A DNA stretch of 64,000 nucleotides from Kiritimatiellia bacterium (lineage in GTDB: Bacteria; Verrucomicrobiota; Kiritimatiellia; RFP12; UBA1067), in the NCBI GenBank assembly GCA_034003585.1, contig JAVEYH010000003.1, positions 13,523 through 77,522 on the forward strand, given 5' to 3'. Below, piece by piece: positions 1 through 9,074 of the stretch. The position numbers and the translations under genes were made by a program. The notes beneath the pieces are model-generated. The model was not told the DNA's origin, did not search any database, and saw nothing but the letters and a program-made list of their open reading frames with translations. Position 1 is the stretch's first letter; every line of letters begins with the position of its first letter.

Positions 1-2
1 GC

Positions 3-359
3 GACGGCTCGCAGACCCGCAGTTTCCAGTATGTCGACGATCTGATCGACGCGATCCTGCGCTTCATGGCGCTGGACCACAAAAAAGTGAAGGCCTTTTT
101 CGACGGCCAGGCCATGCGCGTGCCGGTCCTGAACATCGGCAACCCCGGCGAGTACACCATCCGCCAACTCGCCGAGGAGACCCTGCGCCTGTTGCCCGAG
201 AGCCGGAGCCGGCTGGTTTGCCATCCCCTGCCCAAGGACGACCCCCGGCGCCGCAAACCCGATATCACGCTGGCGGGCGAACTGCTCGGCTGGGCGCCGT
301 CGGTCGCCCTGCCCGAGGGGCTCACCCAGACCATCGCCTATTTCCGGAACCTCGTCTGA
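3..359 (+). CDS. NAD-dependent epimerase/dehydratase (UDP-glucuronate decarboxylase-like), C-terminal fragment; 5' end lies outside the window
   Basis: The open frame runs from the window edge. The translation DGSQTRSFQYVDDLIDAILRFM...PESRSRLVCHPLPKDDPRRRKPDITLA resembles the C-terminal region of UXS/dTDP-glucose 4,6-dehydratase family proteins. Confidence 0.6.
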   Translation, partial: DGSQTRSFQYVDDLIDAILRFMALDHKKVKAFFDGQAMRVPVLNIGNPGEYTIRQLAEETLRLLPESRSRLVCHPLPKDDPRRRKPDITLAGELLGWAPSVALPEGLTQTIAYFRNLV

Positions 360-381
360 AAAGAAAGGAACCCCACCCGTC

Positions 382-1728
382 ATGCCCCTCCCGCAAGCCG
401 TCTTCTCCCTTTTGAACCTCGCCCGTAAATCGGACGCGGGGCGCTCCCCTGCCCTCTCCGCCTTTTCCCGCCCGGCGCGCGGCGGGCTCGTCCGCCGCAC
501 CGCACTCGCCTGCGGCCTGGCGCTGGGCGCCGCGTTGCCCGCCGCGGCGCAAGCGGAGCCGCCCCCTCCTCCTTTGGGTTGGGAGGGCATCGGCCGCGTC
601 AGCATGCGGGGCGGCCTGCGGATCTTCTGGAACGTGGGCGGCAAAGACCGGGAGGCCAACGAGCGCGAGGCTCTGGCGCGCGGGTTCGAACCGGTCGATC
701 TGTTGAACACCTACTCCGACTATCCCGGGAAGCAGCGGGAAAAGATCATTCCGGACGGGAAGAATCCGTGGGCCAAGCCGCCGCAATTCGAGCGCGTCAT
801 CCGCCGTAACATCGCCATGAAACAGGGGCGCGGGCTGTTTGTCCACGATATCGAGTTTGATTTCGATGAGGAGCCGGAGGCCCTCTGGACCAACCCGGTG
901 TTGCGGGCCGCATCGGGCGCGGCCACGTTGGAGGCGTTCCGCGAGGCCTATTACCGCGAATGGGGCACCTGGTACACCCTGCCCTGCCGCTGGGCCAAAG
1001 AGGCCTTCCCGCATCTCCCGGTGGGGATTTACGGCCCGCAGCCCTTCCGGCGCGACTACTGGGGGCTGTCCGGCAAGGACGCGCAACAGATCGACGGCAC
1101 GCACAAGACCGATGCGGAATTGTGGCGGCACATCGATCCGGCGGTGGATTTCTGCATCGCGAGCCTCTACTGTTTTTACGACCGGCCGGCCTCGGTCTTC
1201 TACATGGGCGCCAACGTGGAGGAGAACGCGCTGCGGATGGCGCGGAACGGAGACAAACCGCTTTACGCCTACCTCTGGCTCCGCTACCACAACAGCAACA
1301 AAAAACTCGGCACGCGCGAGGTCGACGACTATCTGGCCGAATCCATGGCCATCCTGCCCTTTTTCTGCGGGGCGCGCGGAGTCGTCTTGTGGGGCTGGGA
1401 GCCCGCGGGCACGGGACAGCCCTACCGCACTTTGCCGCTTTTCATGAAGAGCCTGGGGCGGGTGGCCGGCGTGTCGGAGGAACTCGGCCGCGCGCGCCCG
1501 GCCCAGGACGAACCCGTGCACGCAGCCTGGAAAGCGCAACGGCCGCTGGTCCGCAGACTGCGCGTCACGGATGACGTCTGGCTGGTGCTCGCGGCCGATC
1601 CCTGGCAGGAGGAGAGCGCGGAACGCACGGTCCGCGTTTCCTGCGGCGCGCACACATTCGACCTCGCGGTCCGCGGCAAACACACCGAGATCTACCGGAT
1701 CGACGGCGGGAACGCGGAACGCCGCTGA
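382..1728 (+). CDS. hypothetical secreted protein with N-terminal signal peptide; no family recognised
   Basis: The N-terminus is Ala/Leu-rich and ends ...AAAQA. Composition is balanced with GC-rich third positions. The antisense ORF 322..1683 is Arg/Gly/Ala-rich and was rejected. Confidence 0.5.
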   Translation: MPLPQAVFSLLNLARKSDAGRSPALSAFSRPARGGLVRRTALACGLALGAALPAAAQAEPPPPPLGWEGIGRVSMRGGLRIFWNVGGKDREANEREALARGFEPVDLLNTYSDYPGKQREKIIPDGKNPWAKPPQFERVIRRNIAMKQGRGLFVHDIEFDFDEEPEALWTNPVLRAASGAATLEAFREAYYREWGTWYTLPCRWAKEAFPHLPVGIYGPQPFRRDYWGLSGKDAQQIDGTHKTDAELWRHIDPAVDFCIASLYCFYDRPASVFYMGANVEENALRMARNGDKPLYAYLWLRYHNSNKKLGTREVDDYLAESMAILPFFCGARGVVLWGWEPAGTGQPYRTLPLFMKSLGRVAGVSEELGRARPAQDEPVHAAWKAQRPLVRRLRVTDDVWLVLAADPWQEESAERTVRVSCGAHTFDLAVRGKHTEIYRIDGGNAERR

Positions 1729-1764
1729 CGCGCGCGGGATGCGGAAAACGTTCGTTGCCTTTTC

Positions 1765-1780
1765 TGGCCCGATTTATGCT
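1765..1780 (+). promoter_or_regulatory. weak sigma-54-like -24/-12 element (TGGCCC-N5-ATGCT) upstream of the hybrid kinase gene
   Basis: GG and GC dinucleotides are separated by 10 nt, the sigma-54 spacing. It is a poorer match than the three pil promoters. Confidence 0.25.
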
Positions 1781-1944
1781 TTAATCAAGATGGCCTCTTC
1801 CGGGTTTTCGGGGAAAACCGGAGGGGTAGCCAACGGAATGGCGGAGAAAGAGGGTGCGGGAGGCGTTCACAATCCCCTCACTTCTCTTTTTCTCATTCCG
1901 GTGAAGGGACAGGCAAAACAAGGCATCCGCTGTCGCGCAACCGT

Positions 1945-4659
1945 ATGAAGCCCTCTGTGATAGTCAGGGATTTGCGAAGCATCCGGACCAAGTTCGGTCT
2001 GGTGACAGGGTCAATCCTGCTGATCCTGCTCCTGGTTTTCTATTTGGGCGGACGTTTCATTCTCGTGCATATGCTTCGCAATGCTGAGAAAAACATCCAG
2101 ATGATCGGCTCCGAGGTGAAGAATGTCGTTTACGCCGAGGTCGGCAACCTGCGGAAGAGGGCGGTCATGCTGGCGGGCGCGTTTGCCGCGGCGGGGGAAT
2201 CGGACGAGGCGGCCCTGCTGCAGCGCCAGCTCGTACCGCAAGCCGGGGGCGCGGCGGCGCATTTCGCGGCGCTGCTGAATGCGGACGGGAGCTTCCGGAG
2301 GGGGTTCTTCCGGCTGCCGGACGGGCAGGCCGAGCCTGTCGCGGCCGAGGAGATGGCCCCGTATCTGCAGGCGTCGGTCCCGCTGTTCGGCGACCGCCGC
2401 ACCGCCTCGCACATCCCGACCGGCGTGATCATCCTGCGGGGGAAACCGGCCCTCATCGCCATGTCGCCTGTGGAGGAGGGCGGGGGCGGGGCCAAGGGGT
2501 TTCTGCTGATCGGCACGCTCTTCAGCAACCATCTGATTCTTGACCGCATCCACCAGGCGACCCACGGCATGCAGGTGGCCGTCTATGACAGACGCGTCAA
2601 ACCGGGCGCTTCGGACAAGCGCCTTCCGCCGGCGCAGACCACCGGCGGACTCGCGCCGATCTTCACCGAGGCGCTGAACTACTACTCGGGCGGGCTCTGG
2701 CATCTGGGCGAGAACGCCTTTGAGGCCGTGATCCCGATCCACGACATTCTGGGCCGGCAGGTCACCTCCATCTCGATCCGGCTGCCGCAGAGCTTCTCCT
2801 CGCTCGCCAGCATCGCCCTGGGGTGGCTCACCGTGTTTGTGGCGTCGGTGGGCATCATCTTCGTGCTGCCGATGTTCTGGCTGCAGACGCGGATCGTGCT
2901 GAACCCGCTCTGCACGCTGGCCAGCCAGATCCGGAAAATCGGCGAGCGGCCCCTCGACAGCCACACCCTCGCGATCGACTGGCCGCGCAAAGACGAGTTC
3001 GGCATGCTGGCGCAGAGTGTCAACGGCATGCTGGAAGCCCTCGTCCGCAAGACGCGGCAAGTCGGGCTGATCGAGCAGCGCCAGCGCGCCCTGATCGCGG
3101 GCATGCCGGACGGCCTGTGCGTGTTCGACGAGGAGGCCCATCTGATCGCCATCCACAAGCAGCCCGACAGCGAGCCGCCGATCCCCGGCCTGATCGCGGG
3201 GCATCCGGTCGGCCCGCCCTTCTTCAAGGAGAAAGAGTGCGCCACCCTGCGCCGCGCGATCGCGGAAGCCTTGGCCACGGAGAAGCCGCAACGGATCCCG
3301 CTCACGTGCCAGACCCCCGAAGGTGCGGCGCGCCAGTTGGAGACGCGCGTCTGCCGGATGGACGGGGCCTACGCGCTGGTGATTTTCCGCGATGTGACCT
3401 CCGAATGCCGTGAGCGCGAGGTCCGGGTGCAGATGGAGGACCGCCTGACCAAGATCCAGAAGATGGAGAGTCTCGGCAATCTGGCGGCCGGCATCGCGCA
3501 TGACTTCAACAACATCCTCGCGATCATCCAGAACACGGTGGAGGTGACGTGGGAGACGCCCGACCCGGAAACCCGGGAGGCGGTCACAACCATCTGCCAG
3601 GCCACGGGCAAGGGTGCCGCGCTGACGCGGGAGCTGATGACCTACGCCGGCCAGACGCGCATCTCCTTCAAGCGCGACGACCCCAACACCCTGATTCTCG
3701 ACCTGGAAAAACTCATGGGCGGCGTGGTCGCGCCCAACGTCTCCATCGAACTGAAACTGACCCCGGATCTGCCCCAGGTCGACACGGACCCGCATCAGTT
3801 CTGGAAGGTCCTGATCAACCTGCTCAAGAACGCCTCGGAAGCGATGAACGGCGCCCGCGGCCACATCTGCATCAGCACCTACCCGTTCGCCCTCACCGAA
3901 GACAACCTCGGCGCCTTTTTCAGCACGCACTCGCTCTCCCCGGGCAACGGGGTCGTGTTCCAGGTCGACGACACCGGCTCCGGCATCCCGCGCGAGATGG
4001 TCGCCCACCTGTTCGAACCCTTCTTCTCGACCAAATCCGTGGGCCGCGGACTGGGACTGGCAACGGTCTTCGCGATCATCGACGCGCACAACGGCGGCAT
4101 CGCCATCGATTCCGAGCCCGGCAAGGGCACGACGTTCCGCATCTGGCTGCCGGCCGCGGGCCGGCCCGCAGGCGAAGGCCGCGCGGAGGCCCCGCGCGCC
4201 CTTCAGACGGCCTCCGGCTCCCCGCTAAGCGGGGAACCGCCGGAGGAGCAGCCCCTCCAGCCCCCGCTTGCGCCGCCGCCCGTCCCCCGCATCCTGCTGA
4301 TCGAGGACGATCCGGCGATCCTGCTCAGCACCTCCATCGCCCTGCGCTCGCTGAACGTCGACCCGCTGACCGCCGCCACCAAGCGCGAGGCCCTGGCGAT
4401 CTTCCGCAAACAGGCCGACTCCATCGCGCTTGTGCTGCTGGACGCGCACATCGGCCATCTCGACAACGTGCGGCTGCTCTCGACCCTGCGCCTGCGTAAC
4501 CCGAACGTGCCGATCGTGGTGATCTCGGGGTATAACGAGAAACGCATCCGGGAAATGTTCGCCTCCGAGGCGTACGAGGGCTTCCTGGCCAAGCCTTACA
4601 CCCGCGACGAACTCAAGAGCCTGCTCGACCGCTTTGTCGCCAACGTGCCCGCCTCCTAA
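1945..4659 (+). CDS. hybrid sensor histidine kinase (two TM segments with periplasmic sensor, HAMP, PAS, HisKA, HATPase_c, C-terminal receiver)
   Basis: The H-box is ...LAAGIAHDFNNIL. The ATPase region shows the G-boxes GSGIPREM and GRGLGLA. The C-terminal receiver reads ILLIEDDPAILL...VLLDAHIGHLD. Confidence 0.9.
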   Translation: MKPSVIVRDLRSIRTKFGLVTGSILLILLLVFYLGGRFILVHMLRNAEKNIQMIGSEVKNVVYAEVGNLRKRAVMLAGAFAAAGESDEAALLQRQLVPQAGGAAAHFAALLNADGSFRRGFFRLPDGQAEPVAAEEMAPYLQASVPLFGDRRTASHIPTGVIILRGKPALIAMSPVEEGGGGAKGFLLIGTLFSNHLILDRIHQATHGMQVAVYDRRVKPGASDKRLPPAQTTGGLAPIFTEALNYYSGGLWHLGENAFEAVIPIHDILGRQVTSISIRLPQSFSSLASIALGWLTVFVASVGIIFVLPMFWLQTRIVLNPLCTLASQIRKIGERPLDSHTLAIDWPRKDEFGMLAQSVNGMLEALVRKTRQVGLIEQRQRALIAGMPDGLCVFDEEAHLIAIHKQPDSEPPIPGLIAGHPVGPPFFKEKECATLRRAIAEALATEKPQRIPLTCQTPEGAARQLETRVCRMDGAYALVIFRDVTSECREREVRVQMEDRLTKIQKMESLGNLAAGIAHDFNNILAIIQNTVEVTWETPDPETREAVTTICQATGKGAALTRELMTYAGQTRISFKRDDPNTLILDLEKLMGGVVAPNVSIELKLTPDLPQVDTDPHQFWKVLINLLKNASEAMNGARGHICISTYPFALTEDNLGAFFSTHSLSPGNGVVFQVDDTGSGIPREMVAHLFEPFFSTKSVGRGLGLATVFAIIDAHNGGIAIDSEPGKGTTFRIWLPAAGRPAGEGRAEAPRALQTASGSPLSGEPPEEQPLQPPLAPPPVPRILLIEDDPAILLSTSIALRSLNVDPLTAATKREALAIFRKQADSIALVLLDAHIGHLDNVRLLSTLRLRNPNVPIVVISGYNEKRIREMFASEAYEGFLAKPYTRDELKSLLDRFVANVPAS

Positions 4660-4726
4660 CGCTCCGGCTGTGGGTAGCGCATGTTCCGGGCCGCCTCATC
4701 AAAAAGGCGCGTCAGCGGGAGACACG

Positions 4727-5608
4727 CTACGCCGCAGGGGGCGCGATCTTGGAAAACACATGCTGCCAAATCTGGGGATGCGCCAGATAGAAGTGGCACG
4801 GTTTGCCGATGCGCGCGGACACCTCAGCCTGCAGATCCCGGTTCAGGGGATTCAGCACCGCGACCAGCACCTCGCCGCCGAAGAGCGCAAAGGGCAGAAC
4901 CCCCTTGACATGGACGAACACCTGAGGCAGCAGCGCGACCGCCTCCGGCTGGGGCTCGAACAGTTCGAGCGGCAGAGGCGGAACCTCGCTCAAACGCTGC
5001 ATCGACTCCATCACCCGTTCCGTCACCTCCGGATGCTGCTCGTCCAACAGCGCCAGGGCCGAGATCAAGACCGGCGTGTCCGTCACCGGCCGTTCCGTCA
5101 GCACATGGAGAACATCCATGCACATCTCCTTCGGCAGAAACTCGTTCTCCTTCCACAGCCAGACCAGATCCATCTCCGCGGCCGAGGCGGAGCGCGAAAG
5201 CGCGTGCACCTCCACCCCGGTCTCCTGAAAGGCCGGCAGCCCGCCTCCCGGCGCCTCCGTTGCCGCACCGGACACCGCGCCGGCCAGCCCGTCAACCTCC
5301 CGCCGGAACTCGCTCTTGAGGATCTGGCCCTGGACCAGCTCCGCCACACGCTCCACCGCGGCGCGCGCGCCGGGATCATCCGTAAACGCGCTCAGATACC
5401 CGGCGATCACCTGGGCGTTGTCGTAATCCTTCTCGCGCAACAGCGTATCCGCCAGCCGGATCAGACACTCGCGCCGCTTCTCCGTCTGGCCGGTCTGCTC
5501 ATAGGCCACGGACAGGAACTCGAGACTGGTCCGGTCATCCGGCATGGTCTGGAGCATCTGCTCGAAAAACGCGATCGCCTCGCCCATTTTCTGTTCTTGT
5601 TCCGCCAT
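4727..5608 (-). CDS. TPR-like N-terminal region plus GspE/PilB N-terminal (T2SSE_N)-like domain protein
   Basis: The C-terminal segment LPFALFGGEVLVAVLNPLNRDLQAEVSARIGKPCHFYLAHPQIW matches the conserved second half of T2SSE_N domains and resembles the PilB N-terminus in this window. It is transcribed divergently from pilB. Confidence 0.6.
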   Translation of the reverse strand: MAEQEQKMGEAIAFFEQMLQTMPDDRTSLEFLSVAYEQTGQTEKRRECLIRLADTLLREKDYDNAQVIAGYLSAFTDDPGARAAVERVAELVQGQILKSEFRREVDGLAGAVSGAATEAPGGGLPAFQETGVEVHALSRSASAAEMDLVWLWKENEFLPKEMCMDVLHVLTERPVTDTPVLISALALLDEQHPEVTERVMESMQRLSEVPPLPLELFEPQPEAVALLPQVFVHVKGVLPFALFGGEVLVAVLNPLNRDLQAEVSARIGKPCHFYLAHPQIWQHVFSKIAPPAA

Positions 5609-5931
5609 GTCAGCCTACGCTCCCTGCAACGCTCCTTCTGCGGGTCCGGCGCGTTCGCGACCATGCCCGCCAGCCGTTTGTCGGCGATCCGTTTCCTGGG
5701 GTTCCCATCGGCGTCGGGTCGGTATCGATATTGATTCCGATAGCGACGCCGCCTCCGATCCTTCTCGCGCCAACGCTGCCTCCCCTTACAGAATCGTAAT
5801 AAGCAAAAAACGTGCCGGAATCCGCTTTCTGCATAGAGGCACAGTCGAAATCGATATCGCCATCGGAATCGCCATCGAATCCCGTTGCATTTCGTCGATT
5901 CCGACCCCGATAGCGATTTCGGGGAAAACAC

Positions 5932-5990
5932 CATAATGAATTTCTGGGGACAGACCCCAGTTATAATGAATTGCCGGGGACAGACCCCAG
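5932..5990. repeat. two tandem approx. 29-bp direct repeats (ATAATGAATTTCTGGGGACAGACCCCAG / TATAATGAATTGCCGGGGACAGACCCCAG), each containing a palindrome CTGGGG-ACAGA-CCCCAG
   Basis: Read directly in the divergent pilB intergenic region. The repeats lie 26-84 bp upstream of the sigma-54 -24 element. Confidence 0.7.
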
Positions 5991-6015
5991 CGGTCTGACA
6001 GGCAGGTTAAGGTTA

Positions 6016-6031
6016 TGGCATCCTTTCTGCT
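6016..6031 (+). promoter_or_regulatory. sigma-54 promoter (TGGCAT-N5-CTGCT) upstream of pilB
   Basis: GG-N10-GC spacing. It has the same CTGCT -12 variant as the pilA and pilM promoters. It lies about 105 nt upstream of the pilB ATG. Confidence 0.55.
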
Positions 6032-6135
6032 AACATTTCAAACAGGAAGAGTTCGTGATTTTCACCCCGACCCGTTCCCCGGAACAGGGGGAAAGGGCAA
6101 TCTGTCCGCAACCTTGCCGAAAAACCTGAAAAACG

Positions 6136-7860
6136 ATGCCGCAACACATCCATTACCCCAGTTTCCAGAGTGCGCTGCTCCGGCGCGGGGTGCTCTCGGA
6201 AGAGCAGCTTCAGAAGGCACTGGAAGAGGCGGGCAAGGTCCCGCTGGAGCGGTTTCTGGTCCAGAACCGGCTGGTTCCGCCGGATGTGTTCGCGCTGACG
6301 GCCGCGGCCTATTTCAACATTTCACCCATCTCCCTGCCGCCCGGGCTGGTGCTGCCGGGTGAGTTGCTCGATTTGGCCTCCCCCCAGCTCTGGGGCAGAC
6401 TGAAAGCCGCGCCGCTGATGCGTCTGGGGAAACGGCTGACCGTGGCGTTCGGCGACCCGTTCGATCTGCTGGCGCAGGAGGAGGTGGCGCGGGTCACGCG
6501 GCTGGAGATCGTTCCGCTCGCGGCGCCGGAAAAAGAGGTGACGGACGCGCTGGGGCGGGTGCAGAGCCAGCGGGACGCGGAGAACCCCGGTTTGGCCATG
6601 GAGAACATCATGAAGGCGCCGGACGCCGACATCGAGTTCTCCAGCGAGCCGCAGAAGCAGGAAGAGAACATCGACAAGACGCTGGAGACCGCGGAGGAGG
6701 CGCCGGTCATCCGCATGGTGAACATGATGCTGGTCGAGGCCCTGCGCATCGGCGCCAGCGACATCCACTTCGAGGCCATGGAAAAGAGTTCCCGCCTGCG
6801 CTACCGGATCGACGGGGCGTTGATCGAACGCCCCAGCCCGCCGAAATCGCTCCACAACGCGATCGTCTCGCGCATCAAGATCATGTCGGATCTCGACATC
6901 GCGGAGCGGCGCAACCCGCAGGACGGCCGGTTCAAGGTCCGGGCGCTCAAGAAAGAGGTCGATATCCGCGTGAGCATCCTGCCCACCATCCACGGCGAAA
7001 AGGTGGTGATGCGCACGCTGGACAAGAGCAACCTCGCTCCCAGCCTGGCGGCGCTCGGCCTGGACGATTTCGCCTTCAAGGCCATGAAATTCGCGATCGA
7101 GCAGCCGCACGGCATCATTCTGGTGACCGGCCCGACCGGATCGGGAAAAACCACGACGCTTTACTCCTGCCTGCAGGATCTGAACCAGCCGGACGTCAAC
7201 ATCATCACGGCCGAAGATCCCGTGGAGTATCAGCTCCCCGGCGTGAACCAGGTCCACGTCAACCAGCAGACCGGCCTGACTTTCGCCTCGGTCCTGCGCT
7301 CCGTGCTGCGGCAGGACCCCGACATCGTGCTCGTCGGCGAGATCCGCGACGGCGAGACCGCGGACATCGCGGTCAAGGCCGCGCTCACGGGCCATCTGGT
7401 GCTGAGCACGCTGCACACCAATGACGCGGCCGGCGTGATCGCCCGCCTGATCGACATGGGGGTCCCCCCTTTCCTGATCTCCTCCTCCCTGATTCTCGCC
7501 CAGGCCCAACGCCTCTACCGCAAACTCTGCCCGCTCTGCAAGAAACCGTGCGAGGTGAACCCGGACGTGCTCGCCGCCAACCGCATCGACCCGGCCTTTT
7601 TCGAGGGCGCGACGCTCTTTGAGCCCAACGGCTGCGCCAAATGCAACGGGATCGGGTACAAAGGCCGGGGCGCCGTGATGGAGGTGCTGTCCGTCACCGA
7701 TCCGATCCGCGCCGCCATCGGCCGCGGCGCGGACTCCGCCTCCCTCCGCGACCTGGCGGTCCAAGAGGGCATGGTCACGCTGAAGGACGCGGGCATGATG
7801 AAAGTCCGCAGCGGCGTCACCTCGCTCCATGCCGCGCTCGAGGTGACCGGCGGAGAATGA
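6136..7860 (+). CDS. pilB: type IV pilus assembly ATPase PilB (GspE family) with T2SSE_N N-terminal domain
   Basis: Walker A GPTGSGKTTT. Tetracysteine motif CPLCKKPC...CAKCNGIGYKGR. N-terminal T2SSE_N domain. pilC is immediately downstream. Confidence 0.9.
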   Translation: MPQHIHYPSFQSALLRRGVLSEEQLQKALEEAGKVPLERFLVQNRLVPPDVFALTAAAYFNISPISLPPGLVLPGELLDLASPQLWGRLKAAPLMRLGKRLTVAFGDPFDLLAQEEVARVTRLEIVPLAAPEKEVTDALGRVQSQRDAENPGLAMENIMKAPDADIEFSSEPQKQEENIDKTLETAEEAPVIRMVNMMLVEALRIGASDIHFEAMEKSSRLRYRIDGALIERPSPPKSLHNAIVSRIKIMSDLDIAERRNPQDGRFKVRALKKEVDIRVSILPTIHGEKVVMRTLDKSNLAPSLAALGLDDFAFKAMKFAIEQPHGIILVTGPTGSGKTTTLYSCLQDLNQPDVNIITAEDPVEYQLPGVNQVHVNQQTGLTFASVLRSVLRQDPDIVLVGEIRDGETADIAVKAALTGHLVLSTLHTNDAAGVIARLIDMGVPPFLISSSLILAQAQRLYRKLCPLCKKPCEVNPDVLAANRIDPAFFEGATLFEPNGCAKCNGIGYKGRGAVMEVLSVTDPIRAAIGRGADSASLRDLAVQEGMVTLKDAGMMKVRSGVTSLHAALEVTGGE

Positions 7861-7880
7861 TCCGGGAAAGGGAAGCGACG

Positions 7881-8975
7881 ATGCCAGAAGTCAAACAGAA
7901 GAGCCGCGAGATCCGGGTGTCGGGTATCGGGCAGATCCGGAAGAAGGAGCTGATCCCCTTCACGCGGCAAACCGCCAGCATGCTGAACGCCGGCATGTCG
8001 GTCCTGGCCGCCATCTCCACTCTGGAGGACCAGTGCTCCCACGCCGGATTCCGCGTGGTGCTGAAAAATCTGCGCGAGAGCATCGAAAGCGGTTCGCCGG
8101 TCTCCGAGGGCCTGCGCCACTTCCCGAAAATTTTCGACGACATGTACGTCAACATGGTCGCCGCGGGCGAGAAGAGCGGACAGTTCGCCCCGGTGCTGAA
8201 ACGGCTGGCCGTGATGCTCGACTCCTCCGCGCGCCTTGTGCGCAAGGTCAAATCGGCCATGACCTATCCCGCCGTGATCATGGGCCTGGCCACCCTGATC
8301 GCGGGCGGGCTCGTGACCTTCGTGGTGCCGGTCTTCGCCGAGATGTTCTCCGGGTTCGGCGCGAAACTGCCCGCCCCCACCCAGTTCCTTGTGAACCTCA
8401 GCGACTTCATCCGGGGCCGTTGGTATGTGCTGCTCGGCGTGACGGCCGTCTCCGTCGTCGGGTTCCGCAAGTGGGTCACCACTCCGCAGGGCCGCTACAC
8501 CTTCGACAAATACATGCTGCGCCTCCCGGTCTTCGGCCTTCTTACCCAAAAAGTCGCCGTGGCGCGCTTCTGCCGGCTGTTCGCGCAGATGCTCACCAGC
8601 GGCGTGCCGATTCTGGACGCCATGCACATCGTCGCCTGTTCGATGGGCAACAAAGTCATCGAAAGCTCGATTCTCTCGGCCCGTTCCGGCATCGAGCAGG
8701 GCAACACCCTCAGCTCTTCGCTGGAGGGGAAACCCAGCCTGCCGCTGCTCATGGTCCGCATGATCGCCGCGGGCGAGAAGAGCGGCCGGATCGACGAGAT
8801 GCTCGAAAGCGTGGCCGACACCTATGATGACGAGGTCGAAACCACTCTCGCCACGCTCACCTCGCTGATGGAGCCGTTCCTCATGGTCTTCCTCGGCGTG
8901 GTCATCGGCGGCATCGCGATCGCCATGTTCCTGCCGATCTTCATGCTCGGGTCGGTGGTCAGCGGCGGCGGATGA
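7881..8975 (+). CDS. pilC: type IV pilus platform protein PilC (GspF family)
   Basis: Two T2SSF-like repeats and three TM segments. The ATG is 21 nt after the pilB stop and is preceded by GGGAAAGGGAAG. Confidence 0.85.
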   Translation: MPEVKQKSREIRVSGIGQIRKKELIPFTRQTASMLNAGMSVLAAISTLEDQCSHAGFRVVLKNLRESIESGSPVSEGLRHFPKIFDDMYVNMVAAGEKSGQFAPVLKRLAVMLDSSARLVRKVKSAMTYPAVIMGLATLIAGGLVTFVVPVFAEMFSGFGAKLPAPTQFLVNLSDFIRGRWYVLLGVTAVSVVGFRKWVTTPQGRYTFDKYMLRLPVFGLLTQKVAVARFCRLFAQMLTSGVPILDAMHIVACSMGNKVIESSILSARSGIEQGNTLSSSLEGKPSLPLLMVRMIAAGEKSGRIDEMLESVADTYDDEVETTLATLTSLMEPFLMVFLGVVIGGIAIAMFLPIFMLGSVVSGGG

Positions 8976-9074
8976 TCCCCGCCCGGATCCCGAAAAACGT
9001 GCCCTTGTGTTCGGTACCCCTTTATCCTATACTGGCTTGACTTTTATCGGGTACCCGAGTGGACATGTTTCAAT

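Noticed and set aside
322-1683. 453-aa minus-strand ORF fully overlapping the 382..1728 plus-strand gene
   Set aside because: Arg/Gly/Ala/Pro-rich low-complexity translation with no recognisable domain. This is typical of antisense frames in stop-poor high-GC DNA. The plus-strand frame has GC-rich third positions and balanced composition.
2011-4089. 692-aa minus-strand ORF antisense to the hybrid histidine kinase
   Set aside because: The opposite strand encodes a complete, well-conserved sensor kinase. The antisense product is low-complexity (R/G/A/D/V) with no domain.
5461-5936. ORFs 5461..5934 (-) and 5544..5936 (+) in the pilB upstream region
   Set aside because: They overlap each other and the repeat-rich intergenic region. 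The translations are Arg/Ser-rich with no ribosome-binding site context. The region is treated as regulatory DNA.
5932-5990. Possible CRISPR array
   Set aside because: Only two adjacent repeat copies with no spacers and no cas genes. Interpreted as tandem regulatory sites.
6015-6362. 115-aa ORF starting inside the pilB promoter and running into pilB in another frame
   Set aside because: It overlaps the sigma-54 promoter and the well-supported pilB start, and has no domain.
7641-7880. Upstream extension of the pilC ORF to 7641
   Set aside because: The extension overlaps the 3' end of pilB and translates to an Arg/Gly/Pro-rich peptide. The ATG at 7881 follows the pilB stop with a purine-rich RBS and gives a canonical PilC N-terminus.
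9000-9074. Sigma-70 or sigma-54 promoter upstream of the PilR-like regulator
   Set aside because: TTGACT is present but there is no convincing -10 at proper spacing and no GG-N10-GC element. Left uncalled.
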